Source: a virus
Lineage: Duplodnaviria; Caudoviricetes
IMG/VR virus record: IMGVR_UViG_3300044614_001923
Length of the DNA stretch: 64,000 nucleotides
Direction: 5' to 3' (one strand)
Positions 34,300 to 45,900 of this stretch are shown one piece after another; the first letter of the stretch is position 1, and each line of letters starts with the position of its first letter. Made by a program: the position numbers and the translations under genes. The notes beneath the pieces are model-generated. The model had not been told where the DNA came from and ran no database searches. It saw only the letters and a list, made by a program, of their open reading frames with translations.

Positions 34300-35355
34300 T
34301 TAACTTAAACGTGCAGTGACAAATGAGGTTACTTGATCTGTCAACTTATTTGTTGTTGCTCCTAAAGATAAAGCATTTGCATCTGGATTGATTGCGATAG
34401 GTGGATCATTTACATCACCAAGATAGAAATTTAAATCTTCATGAGCATATATTTCTGCAGTTGCAACATCAGTACTATTCAAATATAGAGCAAATGTAGA
34501 ATTAGATTTAATTTCAGATGGAAGTGCATCGTAAAATGTTCTTGCGCGTTCAAATCTATCTGTTGCTCCTCTAGTGACAACCAAAAAAGGACAAAATGCC
34601 GAAGAAGCACTTCTAAAGGGAGATGCTGCTTGATAAAAAATCAAACAATTTTGTCTTCCTGTTGTTGAATTTGGATAATCTGTAGTATATGTTGTTCCTC
34701 CAATTGGTATTGGTGGAATTGCAAAAGCGTTTGCATATACAATTTGAGATTTAATATTAGATCCACCTACATCAGTGTTAGTATCCCGAATAATTGTTTC
34801 AATATCATATCCATCAGTATCTAAAGAAATGCATCCTTTAATAGCAGATCTCAAAGCATTTCTCTGTGCAGTTGTAGTATATGCACTATTAATATAAGTT
34901 GTATTTGTGCATAATAGTGAAACTAAATGTGCTCCAGCACTATGCCCAGCAGCAACAATTTTGTTTGGATTTCCTCCAAAACGATTAACATTTTCAAAAG
35001 TCCACCTCAAAGCAGTAACCACATCATTTATATGATTTGGATGACGTACTCTATTTGTCGCCCAAGTTCCAATATTTGTAGATGGTATTGGGCTTAATCT
35101 ATAATTTACCGTTACAAAAATATAACCCAAAGAATTGAAAAATCTCGCTTTAGAATATGTTGATGATCCTTTATCACCAACTGTCCATGCTCCACCATGA
35201 ACCCAGAAAATGACAGGTCTATTTCCATAAATTCCTTCATTTAGATGATATACATCTAGATTTAATAAATTTTGAGTAACTCCAGAAATAGTATTATGAG
35301 ATATATTTAATATCGGAGAATTATCCTCAGATAAAAACAATCCTTGAATTGACAT
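34300..35355 (-). CDS. alpha/beta-hydrolase, HSL-family esterase/lipase
   Basis: LDVY, PVIFWVHGGAW, VNYRL, GHSAG nucleophile elbow, late His (YAHED). Confidence 0.88.
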   Translation of the reverse strand: MSIQGLFLSEDNSPILNISHNTISGVTQNLLNLDVYHLNEGIYGNRPVIFWVHGGAWTVGDKGSSTYSKARFFNSLGYIFVTVNYRLSPIPSTNIGTWATNRVRHPNHINDVVTALRWTFENVNRFGGNPNKIVAAGHSAGAHLVSLLCTNTTYINSAYTTTAQRNALRSAIKGCISLDTDGYDIETIIRDTNTDVGGSNIKSQIVYANAFAIPPIPIGGTTYTTDYPNSTTGRQNCLIFYQAASPFRSASSAFCPFLVVTRGATDRFERARTFYDALPSEIKSNSTFALYLNSTDVATAEIYAHEDLNFYLGDVNDPPIAINPDANALSLGATTNKLTDQVTSFVTARLS

Positions 35356-37859
35356 TAGGTAACTCCCGCACCAGTAAGAGCAAAACTATTCGTCCCAACG
35401 CATAAAATAGTTGCCAGAGCATATGAATTTAATCCTCTTGGTCCTGTATCGCCAATAGCAGCTCTTCTTAAGGTTACGCCAGCAGATGGAGTTAGCATTT
35501 GAACAGAAGCACTATTGTTGTATATGGTTACAATATCTCCTGTTGCAAATATGCCCTGAGGAATTGTGACTCCTCCAGTGCTAATTGCAACATGTTTTCC
35601 AACATCTGATTTTACAAGAACATAAGCAGATGCACGAGCATTCTGAGGTAATGTTCTAAGATCTCCCTTAGAATCTGCAAGAGTTGCTGCAGTCACAATT
35701 CCTGAGAATTGTGCATCTCCACTGTTATAAATGACAGTTTGTGGAGATGCAACAGTTGGACCAACTTCAATCTTTCCAGTATTGAATTGATTTGACTGAT
35801 AATCAACATACCATCTGTTTGTTCCACTTGTTCTTAGGTAGATACCTCCAGAAACTCCAGTGTTGTTTGAAACAATCTGACCATTTGATGGATCAATTAA
35901 TGTGCCAGCAGTTGATCCCAGTCCAAGACCAACTTCTCCAACTCTAACCACATCATAAAAAGTTGAAATTCCTATAATACTTAGGGATCCGCCAACAGAT
36001 AATCTTGCTGCTGGAGTTGTTGTTCCTACTCCAACAAATCCATTATTAGTTGTTCTTATAATAGTCCCTGCTGCTCCAACATTTAAAGTTGTCGCAGTTG
36101 CAATTCCTGCGGAAAGATTTGTTGTAGATGTGTGAGTTGCAGTTAAAGAAGTAGTAGTTGAGAAAGAACTTGTAAAATCAGTGCTAGTGAAACTAGTAAT
36201 GATACCAGAAGACGCTGTTAATGAAGTAACTATTCCAGTCGCAATATTTAATGTTGTAATAGTTCCTACACCAGAAACTGATAAGTTAGTAAATTCACCT
36301 CTTCCACTTACAGTAAGTTCTGATGTTGCATTTGTAGTACCAATTCCAACCTTAGAAGTTGTATTAATTCCTGTTGCTGTTGGATTCCAATATAAAGGTT
36401 CTGATAGTAGCGCATTAACTATAACTTGACCGTATGAGGTGCTGATAGAAACATTAGTACCTGCTACGAGTGTTGTTACGATACCAGTGATACTTGATCC
36501 TTCACCTCTAAATGAAGTTGCTGTCAAAGCGCCACTAACATAAGCATTTCCACTTACTGTAAGTGTAGCTACTGGAATATTTGTACCGACACTTACAGAT
36601 GATGTAGTATGAATGCCAGTTGATGTTGGATACCACTTAGATGGATATGCCCATGAAAGATTTCCATCTCCATCCGATGTTAAAGCATCATATTGAGATC
36701 CATTATTAGTTGGTAAACGTAAAGTATAGTTATCAGATCCATCTGGAGCAAGTAGAGAAATTACATGTGGATCTTCACCAGCATAGTATGAGTAAAAATT
36801 AATCTTGGTACTTTCATTTGATTGATTCAAATGCAAATTAATACTAGTGGTATTAATTCCAATATAAGTATATCCAAGTCCTACGCTAATTCTTCCCGAA
36901 GTTGTAACTCCAATAACTTTAAGACCACCATCTACATGCAACTTTTCTTCAGCTGCATTTGTACCTATGCCGACATAAAAAGAATTGTTTCCATACAACC
37001 AAGCAGTGTTTCCAGCACCAATCACAAGTTGATGTGATCCTTCTAAAATAGGAGGAGTTTTAAGAACAGAATCTGGATTAACGTCAAATACATCACCATC
37101 TGCTCCAGTTGGTCCGATCATAACATTATATGATCCAGTTAATCCAGGATTAGATGGATTATATCCTACTCCATTTCCAATGAATATATTATTATTAGAG
37201 TCTGCATATGAGTTACCAGCATATGCTCCTACAAAAACATTATCACTGGAACCTAGATTTGTAAAACTTGATCCAGTCTCTTCTCCTATGAATACGTTTC
37301 TTCTTGCAGTACTGTCTAAAGAAAATCCAGATCTCTTACCAAAAATTATATTTCCCTTATTGCCTCTATATCCTAATGTTAAACCAGTATTAATATTTTC
37401 TCCACCTATTGTAATATAACCACGATAATCATAATCACTATCAGCCGCAGTGGTGAATGTCACCATTCCTGTATTGTTTATACCTCCATTAACATAAAGA
37501 GCAGTGCCACCATATCCAATTGTGCCAACTTCTAATTTAAATCTTGGATTGGTTGTTCCTATACCAACATCAGATAATCTATAGATTCCAGATTCAACTT
37601 CAGTCCAAATTGCATTTACATCTACGGTAACTCTATTTGAGGTATATGCAACTCCTAGATAATTTCCAAAATTTATTGATGTTATTCCAGTTCCAACAAC
37701 AGTGCCATTATCTTCTACTGTTAGTGGCACTGTATTTTGTACCAAAATTACAGAAGAACTAAAACCAACCCACTGAACTCCATTCCAGATAAAAGAAGAA
37801 CCATCTGGGGTAGTATAAACTTCATCTAGTGCTGGAGAATTTGGAAAATTTAGTGCCAC
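35355..37859 (-). CDS. tail fibre protein
   Basis: MALNFPNSP...FIWNG N-terminus, repeated VGIGTT motifs, S/T/G-rich. Confidence 0.85.
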   Translation of the reverse strand: MALNFPNSPALDEVYTTPDGSSFIWNGVQWVGFSSSVILVQNTVPLTVEDNGTVVGTGITSINFGNYLGVAYTSNRVTVDVNAIWTEVESGIYRLSDVGIGTTNPRFKLEVGTIGYGGTALYVNGGINNTGMVTFTTAADSDYDYRGYITIGGENINTGLTLGYRGNKGNIIFGKRSGFSLDSTARRNVFIGEETGSSFTNLGSSDNVFVGAYAGNSYADSNNNIFIGNGVGYNPSNPGLTGSYNVMIGPTGADGDVFDVNPDSVLKTPPILEGSHQLVIGAGNTAWLYGNNSFYVGIGTNAAEEKLHVDGGLKVIGVTTSGRISVGLGYTYIGINTTSINLHLNQSNESTKINFYSYYAGEDPHVISLLAPDGSDNYTLRLPTNNGSQYDALTSDGDGNLSWAYPSKWYPTSTGIHTTSSVSVGTNIPVATLTVSGNAYVSGALTATSFRGEGSSITGIVTTLVAGTNVSISTSYGQVIVNALLSEPLYWNPTATGINTTSKVGIGTTNATSELTVSGRGEFTNLSVSGVGTITTLNIATGIVTSLTASSGIITSFTSTDFTSSFSTTTSLTATHTSTTNLSAGIATATTLNVGAAGTIIRTTNNGFVGVGTTTPAARLSVGGSLSIIGISTFYDVVRVGEVGLGLGSTAGTLIDPSNGQIVSNNTGVSGGIYLRTSGTNRWYVDYQSNQFNTGKIEVGPTVASPQTVIYNSGDAQFSGIVTAATLADSKGDLRTLPQNARASAYVLVKSDVGKHVAISTGGVTIPQGIFATGDIVTIYNNSASVQMLTPSAGVTLRRAAIGDTGPRGLNSYALATILCVGTNSFALTGAGVT

Positions 37860-37879
37860 TTTATTCGCCCTTTATTAGT

Positions 37880-37887
37880 TATTTATT
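37880..37887 (-). promoter_or_regulatory. late promoter AATAAATA
   Basis: intergenic NATAAATA. Confidence 0.65.
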
Positions 37888-37893
37888 GAAAGA

Positions 37894-40677
37894 TTAGACC
37901 GCAACAGTACTTAAATTACCAGAGTCATTGACAATGAGACGATATTGAGTTCCTCCTGGAGAAGTGAGAATTATTCCAGTTGAGGTATTAACACCAACTT
38001 TAACGTCACCAATAACAGTAAGAGCACTTGTCGCATTTGTGGTTCCAATACCAACATTTGCTGTTGTGCCAATTCCAGTTGCTGAAGGTTCCCAGTAATT
38101 CGTAATACTAATAGTAGCAATTCCTGAAGTTACAAGAACATCGGCATTACCCTCAAAGTTAATTGTTGTCGCTGTTCCTACTGGAAATTTACTTTGCTGA
38201 AGACTTACTCCTCCAGTAACTCCAGTTAAACCAGAACCATCTCCATAGAATGTGGATGCTTTTACATTACCAACAACATCAAGAGTTACTGTTGGCTGAG
38301 TAGAACCAATACCAATAGATCCATTAACTGTGGATGTAAGTATTGTCCCTCCTGTTCCAACATTAATAACATTGTTAAATGTAGAAATTCCTGAAACTCT
38401 TAACTGAGTTACTGAGGATATTCCTCCAACAACTGAGGTTGCTATTCCAGAAGTTGCAGCATAAGTTGCTTGTGTTGCGATTCCAGCAGTTCCTGCATAA
38501 GTAGCAATTCCAGCGGTTCCTGCATAAGTAGCAATACCAGCAGTTGTTGAATAGGTAGCAATACCAGCAGTTCCTGCATAAGTAGCAATTCCAGCAGTTG
38601 TTGAATAGGTAGCAATACCAGCGGTTACTGAATAAGTTGCTTGAGTTGCTATTCCTGCAGTTGTTGCGTAAGTTGCAATGCCTGCTATACTAGTGTATAT
38701 AACATTAATATCAGTATTAATTCCAATTGTAGCAATACCTGCAATAGAAGTACTAATACTTACATTTCCAGTGAAATTAATATTTGAAATTGCTTGAGTA
38801 AGTGGAACACCATTGTTTGAAACAGTAACAGTGTTTGATTGAACTCCACCATTTGGAGAAAAATCTACCCACTGTGAACTATCATCATCAACATAATATA
38901 TAAATCCTCTTCCTAGCATTGAAGAGTACCAAAGATCTCCGCTAAATGGTGAAGATGGTGCAGTATCTGAAATTGATACGTTGGAACCTCCACCACCGCC
39001 ACCTCCTCCAGATGCATTAATAACAACTCTTCCAGTTGATCCACTAATAGTAATATTAGTTCCAGCAATAATAGAGGTTACAATACCAGAAAGCGCATTT
39101 CCACTTCCAGTATAGACTGGAGAATAGATACTATTTGCTGCTGTTATTATACCAGCAGAAACTGTTGTTGCAGTAACTACACCAGTGATTGCCGCATTTG
39201 GAACAGATAGTAATCCATAAGAAAGTCTTTGTTCACCATTAATTTGATATGATCTATTAGACGAAAGACCAATATTTACATTAGATGTCCAAGCATTATT
39301 AGTATAATCCCATAAGAATTGTTTATTTGTATCACCATAGAGAATTATTCCTCCACCATCTGCTCCAATATCATTTGGAGTTGAAGTAGTTCCGAGACCT
39401 ACGATTTTATCGGTAACTTGTAGGTTTACAGAACTAGTTTCTGTTCTGGTTCCATCTACATATAAATTACCAAGAATTCTTACTGCAGTTCCACCGACTG
39501 AAATAAGCCCTGGAGCATTGATTAAAGAACTGTCAATAACAATATTACCAGCACCAATTCCTCCAGATGCTGTTAAACTTCCACCAATACTTATATTTGA
39601 AGTTGCTTCAATTCCACCACGAACATATAATTGAGTTGTAGTATCTCCAAATGATCCAACTTCGAGTTGATACTGTGGATTTGTAGTTCCTATTCCAACA
39701 TTTGCAGTTGTTCCAATTCCTACTGATGGAGTATTAATCCACCCAGTATCAAGTGCCGCTGCTGTGATATTCGTTAATCCAGAACCATCGCCAATAAATT
39801 GATTAGCAGTTACTACTCCAGTTGCACTAATTCCCCCATTAACATATAGAGAAATTTGTGTAGATGAAGTTCCAACTGTTGCAATACCAAGCGTAGTGAA
39901 TCCAGAAATTGATGCGTTTCCAACTACTGTTAATCTATTGGGAGAATTAGTAGTTCCTATTCCAATATTAGAAGTTGTGTGGATTCCAGTTGCGGTTTGT
40001 TGCCAATAAGATTCTCCACCTCCTCCACCAGCACTATAGACAGTTACTCCATATCCAGTAGTTGTAACTCCTACCGTTGGTCCGACAAAATTAATAGAGG
40101 TTACAAGTCCAGCAATACCTTTTAAAGTATTATTTTCATATACTGTAATTCCACCAATAGTTGCTCCACCAGTTGAAGTTCCTACTGTATCGGAAGTATA
40201 TCCAATAATTTCAACAATGTCATCTACAAATGCAGGATCGTTTAATCTTACCTTTACTCCAGGAATATATGTGTAACTATTCTCCGTTAATTTTACACCA
40301 TTAACGTATACATCAATGAAAGCAGCAACTGATGTGTAATCAAAATCAATTTGATCTTCAGTTGCTGTATAAACAACAGAGGTTCTTAGGTCTGGAAGAG
40401 ATGCCCACTCTATTCCACCAGTACCAGTTGCTCTTAAATATTGATATGCTTGACCAGAAGTGTTGGCAATACTAACAGATCCTGTAAGAACAAGAGAATT
40501 GATAGTTGTGACGCCACTTACACTTATGTGTGTTGCTGCAATGCCACCATTGACATGCAACAAATGAGTTGGAAGACTTGTGCCAATTCCAACTCTATTA
40601 GTATCTGCGTTTGCAAGAATGAGACTTGTATCTACCTCAAGACCATTCTTTACGACGAAATTCTTATTTACGCCCAT
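37894..40677 (-). CDS. tail fibre protein with internal 9-aa tandem repeats
   Basis: NFVVKNGLEV N-terminus, GIGT motifs, C-terminal LTSPGGTQYRLIVND. Confidence 0.85.
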   Translation of the reverse strand: MGVNKNFVVKNGLEVDTSLILANADTNRVGIGTSLPTHLLHVNGGIAATHISVSGVTTINSLVLTGSVSIANTSGQAYQYLRATGTGGIEWASLPDLRTSVVYTATEDQIDFDYTSVAAFIDVYVNGVKLTENSYTYIPGVKVRLNDPAFVDDIVEIIGYTSDTVGTSTGGATIGGITVYENNTLKGIAGLVTSINFVGPTVGVTTTGYGVTVYSAGGGGGESYWQQTATGIHTTSNIGIGTTNSPNRLTVVGNASISGFTTLGIATVGTSSTQISLYVNGGISATGVVTANQFIGDGSGLTNITAAALDTGWINTPSVGIGTTANVGIGTTNPQYQLEVGSFGDTTTQLYVRGGIEATSNISIGGSLTASGGIGAGNIVIDSSLINAPGLISVGGTAVRILGNLYVDGTRTETSSVNLQVTDKIVGLGTTSTPNDIGADGGGIILYGDTNKQFLWDYTNNAWTSNVNIGLSSNRSYQINGEQRLSYGLLSVPNAAITGVVTATTVSAGIITAANSIYSPVYTGSGNALSGIVTSIIAGTNITISGSTGRVVINASGGGGGGGGSNVSISDTAPSSPFSGDLWYSSMLGRGFIYYVDDDSSQWVDFSPNGGVQSNTVTVSNNGVPLTQAISNINFTGNVSISTSIAGIATIGINTDINVIYTSIAGIATYATTAGIATQATYSVTAGIATYSTTAGIATYAGTAGIATYSTTAGIATYAGTAGIATYAGTAGIATQATYAATSGIATSVVGGISSVTQLRVSGISTFNNVINVGTGGTILTSTVNGSIGIGSTQPTVTLDVVGNVKASTFYGDGSGLTGVTGGVSLQQSKFPVGTATTINFEGNADVLVTSGIATISITNYWEPSATGIGTTANVGIGTTNATSALTVIGDVKVGVNTSTGIILTSPGGTQYRLIVNDSGNLSTVAV
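38474..38635 (+). repeat. six tandem 27-bp units encoding GIATY(S/A)(T/G/V)TA
   Basis: units such as gtagcaataccagcagttcctgcataa read directly. Confidence 0.9.
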
Positions 40678-40720
40678 TGATACTCCTGAGGTTCACTGTC
40701 CCCTCGTAACTTCTTATTAT

Positions 40721-41095
40721 TTATGCAGTTGGAGGTTCTGGAAAAACTACTTCTTCAGGTGAAGAAAAAGTAGTTGTAATATCTCTCAATTCTTGACGAT
40801 ATGTTTTCCATGATGTTGGAATGTTAGTTCCACATTCTTTTGCTTTTAATACAACCCAGTCGCAATTTGTAAGAAGTTGATCTCTCTCTTTTCTAACTTC
40901 TGCCCATGCAAGATCTAAATCTTCAACTGGAGCAACAAATTCGCCATTAATATATGACCACCCCATTCCAACACCCGCAACTGTTGATGTTTCAACATCG
41001 ACCCAGTTTGGATAATTCTTTGCATGTGATGGTTCAGCAGCTGTCATATTGACAACTACTTCGTTTTCTACAATTGCATAAATTTTGATTGCCAT
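40721..41095 (-). CDS. tail fibre assembly chaperone-like protein
   Basis: W.EVRKERDQLL...DW......W..YRQELRDIT...FPEPP. Confidence 0.8.
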   Translation of the reverse strand: MAIKIYAIVENEVVVNMTAAEPSHAKNYPNWVDVETSTVAGVGMGWSYINGEFVAPVEDLDLAWAEVRKERDQLLTNCDWVVLKAKECGTNIPTSWKTYRQELRDITTTFSSPEEVVFPEPPTA

Positions 41096-41131
41096 TTTTT
41101 TAATGCTCCTTTTTAGATTTATATAAAATTA

Positions 41132-42925
41132 TTACCATGCCCAAACACGGACAACACCATTTCCACCAGCGCCAGAAGGAGATCCTGGAACAGTATTTCC
41201 CCCTCCTCCACCACCAGGAAATCCTCCGTTAGTTGGAAGAGTGGAACTATTTCCACCATTTCCGCCCGCACCCATAGATGAAGCATAAAGACCACCTAAA
41301 GGTCCACCTCTTCTTAGAGAAGTTCCTCCAATTCCTGCGTTTGCTGCTCCTCCCGCTCCAGGTCCAATTACGGAACTTCCTCCACGAGAAGATACTGATG
41401 CGGTGCCTCCACCAGCTCCAGCTGCTGAAGAATAACCATGACAACCTGTGTTTACTGCTGCTGAAGGTGCTGTGATATAAAAATCTCCAGCATATTGAAG
41501 ATTTCCATCGCCACCATAACCACCTCCAAAATTAGTATTTCTAGCTCCGCCACCACCACCAGCTCTTACAAAGTTATCTGCTGCAACTTCAAAAGAACTT
41601 GGTCCACCATCTTGACCAGTAGTTGTTGTAGAATTTGTTCCTCCTAGTCCTACAATTACAGAGGAAACATCTGGCAAATCTTTTGCTCTGAATAATCGTT
41701 CAACTACACCTCCAGCTCCTCCTCCAGAACAGGTAGATCTTGAATTTCCCGCTCCTCCTCCACCAACACACTGAACATATATCCAATTTGCTCTAAATGG
41801 AAGCGATGCTTGATTGAATGTACCAGAAGAAGTAAATTCTTGCAGATAAGTTTGAACGGTGCTAGCAACACCAACTAGACCAGAACCGTTTCCATAAAAT
41901 GTTGTTGCTGTAATAACACCTGTAATATTTGCACTTGCGCCAATTCTAATATGTTGACTTGTTTCTAAGTCTCCATTTACATATTCTGTTGTTCCTTTAA
42001 GACCTGGATATCCAACTTCTAATACATAATTTGGAATAGTTGTTGAACCAATTCCAACCTTACCATCTGCAGTTGCAGTGATAACTGTTCCTCCAGATCC
42101 AACCGTAATTTTTGGAACTTGAACGTCAGTGTAAGCATTAAGAATACCTACGTTTAACTGATCAGTATCTGGGGAATAATTTAAATTAGTATCTGTTCTT
42201 AATTCTTCTGCTCCAGTTGCTCCATTTACAAAAGTAATGTAGTGTGCTCCAGAGTCAGTACTTGCACCAACAATAGTTGCAGTTGTTGCGTTACTCGCTG
42301 TTCCAGTTAAACTGCCAACAAATCCGCCAGTGGCAGTAACTACGCCACTAATATTCGCATTTCCTTGTACTGTTAATTTCCATGGAGAATTGGTTGTTCC
42401 AATTCCAACATTAGCAGTCGTATGAACACCTGTTGCTGTTTGTTGGAAGTAATTTTGCTCATCAAATGCACTAATAGTTACAATTCCAGATCCTGCTGAT
42501 GTTCCAGATGAAACAATGGTGATATTTGTTCCAGCAACAATTTGAGTTACAATTCCAGTAAGAGATCTACCATCTCCTCTATAAGAGAGAGCAGTGACAA
42601 TACCAGTTGCTCTTAATCCTTGAGCATTAACTGTAACTCCAGATCCAACCTGAAGCTGAGAATCGATGGTTGTGACTCCAACAATTCTCAGATTATTTGG
42701 GATATATGTTACAGCAACACCAGCATTTTGTAAATATCGACCATCTCCATAATAAGTAACAATTCCAGATAAAGAATCAGATGTTGCTGTTATAAAACCA
42801 GCAGTTACTTTTACCGTACCTAAAGTTGTTACTCCAGTTACCCCAGAAACTACGAGACCTTGATCAAAGGTTGGAGATGAACTTCCAGATTTACTTCTGA
42901 TTGTATTAACCTGAATTATAGACAT
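41132..42925 (-). CDS. tail fibre protein with C-terminal glycine-rich domain
   Basis: GIGTT motifs; EFTSSGTF...CVGGGGAG...GGNGVVRVWAW. Confidence 0.8.
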   Translation of the reverse strand: MSIIQVNTIRSKSGSSSPTFDQGLVVSGVTGVTTLGTVKVTAGFITATSDSLSGIVTYYGDGRYLQNAGVAVTYIPNNLRIVGVTTIDSQLQVGSGVTVNAQGLRATGIVTALSYRGDGRSLTGIVTQIVAGTNITIVSSGTSAGSGIVTISAFDEQNYFQQTATGVHTTANVGIGTTNSPWKLTVQGNANISGVVTATGGFVGSLTGTASNATTATIVGASTDSGAHYITFVNGATGAEELRTDTNLNYSPDTDQLNVGILNAYTDVQVPKITVGSGGTVITATADGKVGIGSTTIPNYVLEVGYPGLKGTTEYVNGDLETSQHIRIGASANITGVITATTFYGNGSGLVGVASTVQTYLQEFTSSGTFNQASLPFRANWIYVQCVGGGGAGNSRSTCSGGGAGGVVERLFRAKDLPDVSSVIVGLGGTNSTTTTGQDGGPSSFEVAADNFVRAGGGGGARNTNFGGGYGGDGNLQYAGDFYITAPSAAVNTGCHGYSSAAGAGGGTASVSSRGGSSVIGPGAGGAANAGIGGTSLRRGGPLGGLYASSMGAGGNGGNSSTLPTNGGFPGGGGGGNTVPGSPSGAGGNGVVRVWAW

Positions 42926-42963
42926 AGTATTGTGTAGTAATCTGTTTTTTTACTCTTATGGTT

Positions 42964-42971
42964 TATTTATA
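42964..42971 (-). promoter_or_regulatory. late promoter TATAAATA
   Basis: exact T4 late consensus upstream of 42925. Confidence 0.75.
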
Positions 42972-42988
42972 GTAGAATAACAAAAGAA

Positions 42989-45900
42989 TTATGCTTGTGT
43001 TTCAATCCAAGTAATACGACCAGATACCAAGAATGGAGATGAACCTCTAATCAATGCGGTATCGATAGGTTTAACTGCAAGAGTTAATACATCTGGACCA
43101 TCTGGATAAAGTCCATCACCACCAAGTACAGAGTTTCCAAGTGTTGCAACTCCATCAAGACCTACAGTTGTTCCGTTCAGTCCTCTCTTGAGAGTAACTC
43201 CTTCAAGTGAAGCTCCACCTTGAGCTCTGAATGAATAGACAACCTGACCACTAGAATAAGTGTCTCCAACTTCATGTTGACAATATTGACTTAAACTTGG
43301 GGAACCAACTTCTTCCCATTCATCACTAGAAAGTTTAGCATTAACGATGAGAGAAACTTCGCAATCGTGAGTTGTAAGAACATTTGCTTCTTTAAGTAGA
43401 ATTTGCATTCTATTAATAATTTCTCTAAAACCAACCTTTCCTGTTGTTGAATTGTCCGCAGAAGGAGCAAGTCTGATTGAAACCAGAGGAATAAATTCCT
43501 TGAGAGTTTCAGCAGTTCCAGAGAATGCATAGAAAGCAAAGTTAGTAGTTCTAGTTACTAACGCTTCCTTATCCATAAAGATTCTATAATCGTCTCTTTG
43601 GCGGTTGGTAATAGTAGCTTGCTCAATTTCAATTGCTGTAATACGAGTTCCTGCTTCAAAGATACCTGTAGTTGAACCTGTGATTTCTTCACCAACAACT
43701 AGAGTTTGTCCCTCTGTTCTATTAATAAATGTAACTACAGTTGAACCTACGCTTGTCTGACCAGTTGGAACTACACCATTGTAGTTTGCAATACCACCAT
43801 TAGTGAATGGAAGAACCTTAGAGTCTGCACTGAAGTGATAAACTCTATCTTGGTCAAACTTGCCATCCATGATGACAGATACGCCCCAGTGATATAGTGA
43901 TGGTGAGAAGAATGGGTCATCTAAGGTTTCAACTTCATATCTGACAGGTAAGTTACCAGATCTAAAGTATGCTTCAGTGAATTGGTTATTATGTATAAAC
44001 TCATGACAATACTTAATTTCACCCTCTTGAGTCTTCATACCAAATCTGATAGTTCCAGCGCCATACCAGGAATAATCCATGTAAAGCATTTGAATTCTAT
44101 TTGTATCAATCTGATATCCACTGATACCAGTTCCATCCATTCTATCAATATTCCATTCACTTTGAGGTACAATAGTATCAATAACTTTACTTGCGGTTAC
44201 TCCACTGAGAGTCTTAGATCTATATGCTGGTTGTACATACATTAGATCGTCATCTAAGATCTTAATAACCTTATATGTTTGACCTCTAAGAATAATTCTA
44301 TCAAACTCTCTAAGTTGGGTAGTAAGTCTTGCACGACTTCCTCTAATCAGATACTCTCCTTTTTCGCAAGTAAAGGAACCAGCAAGTTGTTGAGTATTTG
44401 ATCTTCTTACAACAGATAGAATGTCTCCATCAAACTGGAAGAAGAATCCATTTTGATCATCAAACATACCAGCTTTAAGGTATGCGTCTCTCCAATTTAC
44501 TACGTTAAATACAGGGAATCCTTCAAACTTAGGATCTTTTAATGGTGTAGGAGTTCCTATTCTAATATTAAAATCATCAATAACTTCTTCAATTGCATAC
44601 TCACCATTCAATTCTACTGGATAAGTTGCATTTAGAATTTGGAACTTCTGATCATCGTCAAATGGCGCTTCAGTTGAAATACCATGTGGCCATTTTGTTG
44701 TGACAATCAAGTTAGTTGAAACTCCAACTTCTCCTTGAATTTGAACTTTTTCAATATCATATGTTGGGTTGAAGTTCAATGCCATTGAGCACTGAATACC
44801 CTTTCCTGCTTGATAGCGGAAATACTTTCTTGTTTGCCTAATCAATTGAGAATTAGGAACAAGACCTGCAACAAGTTGTACAGCACCGTCAAATGGTCTA
44901 TGAATTACTTTACTGTCACTGACTGCATACAATCTACTAGGAATGAAGTAATTTGCACTTTCATTGGAGAATGATGGTTCATCCTCAAGTTTAATAACAG
45001 TATTACTCTTTACTTGAACAATCTTAGATTCAAAATAAGTTCCTGGTCCAACGTTTGTACCAACTCCAGATCTATTCTTATAGATTCTGAAAGTATCGCC
45101 AGCAGAGAAATCAGTATAGAAATTGGTATTCTTTCCAGTTACTGTTTCCGACTCAGTATTAATTCCAATTGTACCAGGACCTTGAATAAATCCTTTAATA
45201 CTTCTAGAAATGAATGAATGAGTAAGTGTTGAACCCAAAGAAGTATATACAATCAGATCACTATTATCAACATCATTAAATCTATTGATCGCAAGTTCTT
45301 GGTTTGTTGATAAACCAATATGATTTGAATCAAGAGTTCTTACAAAATAATCAGCATTGTCAGTTAGACCACCAATAACAGCGGATCCATTTGAAGTGTA
45401 TCTGATTTTAGTTCCATCTGCAAGTTTATGATCAATAATTCTAAGCCAATTGGAATTAATTCCAACTCTGGTAGTATCTCCACCAGACATTGTATTGATG
45501 ACTTCTGGAACTTCTACGGTACTATAAAGTGTAAATGCATTTTCAGCATATCCTGTTGAAGTAGTTTCAACATCTTTTACTACATACGTATCGTCAGCAG
45601 CTCCATCGGTATCAATAGTGATAGAATGTGTTCCAATTCCACCTTGACTTGTAAATGATGTAATTCCACAAATCTTAACTGAAGCGGATGTTACACGCTT
45701 GTTAAAGACATTAAGACGATTCTTAGTTGTTGGTACAGCAACTGTAATATAAGTTAATGGATTTCTTCTACGTACTTTATATCTTCTCCAGTAGTACCAC
45801 CAATACCTTCTTCTCCATCTTCTTCTCCATCTTCTACTATAGTAGTAATAATAAAAATATGCAGTAGAAATTCCTACAATCTGGTGAATACCTTGAATGA

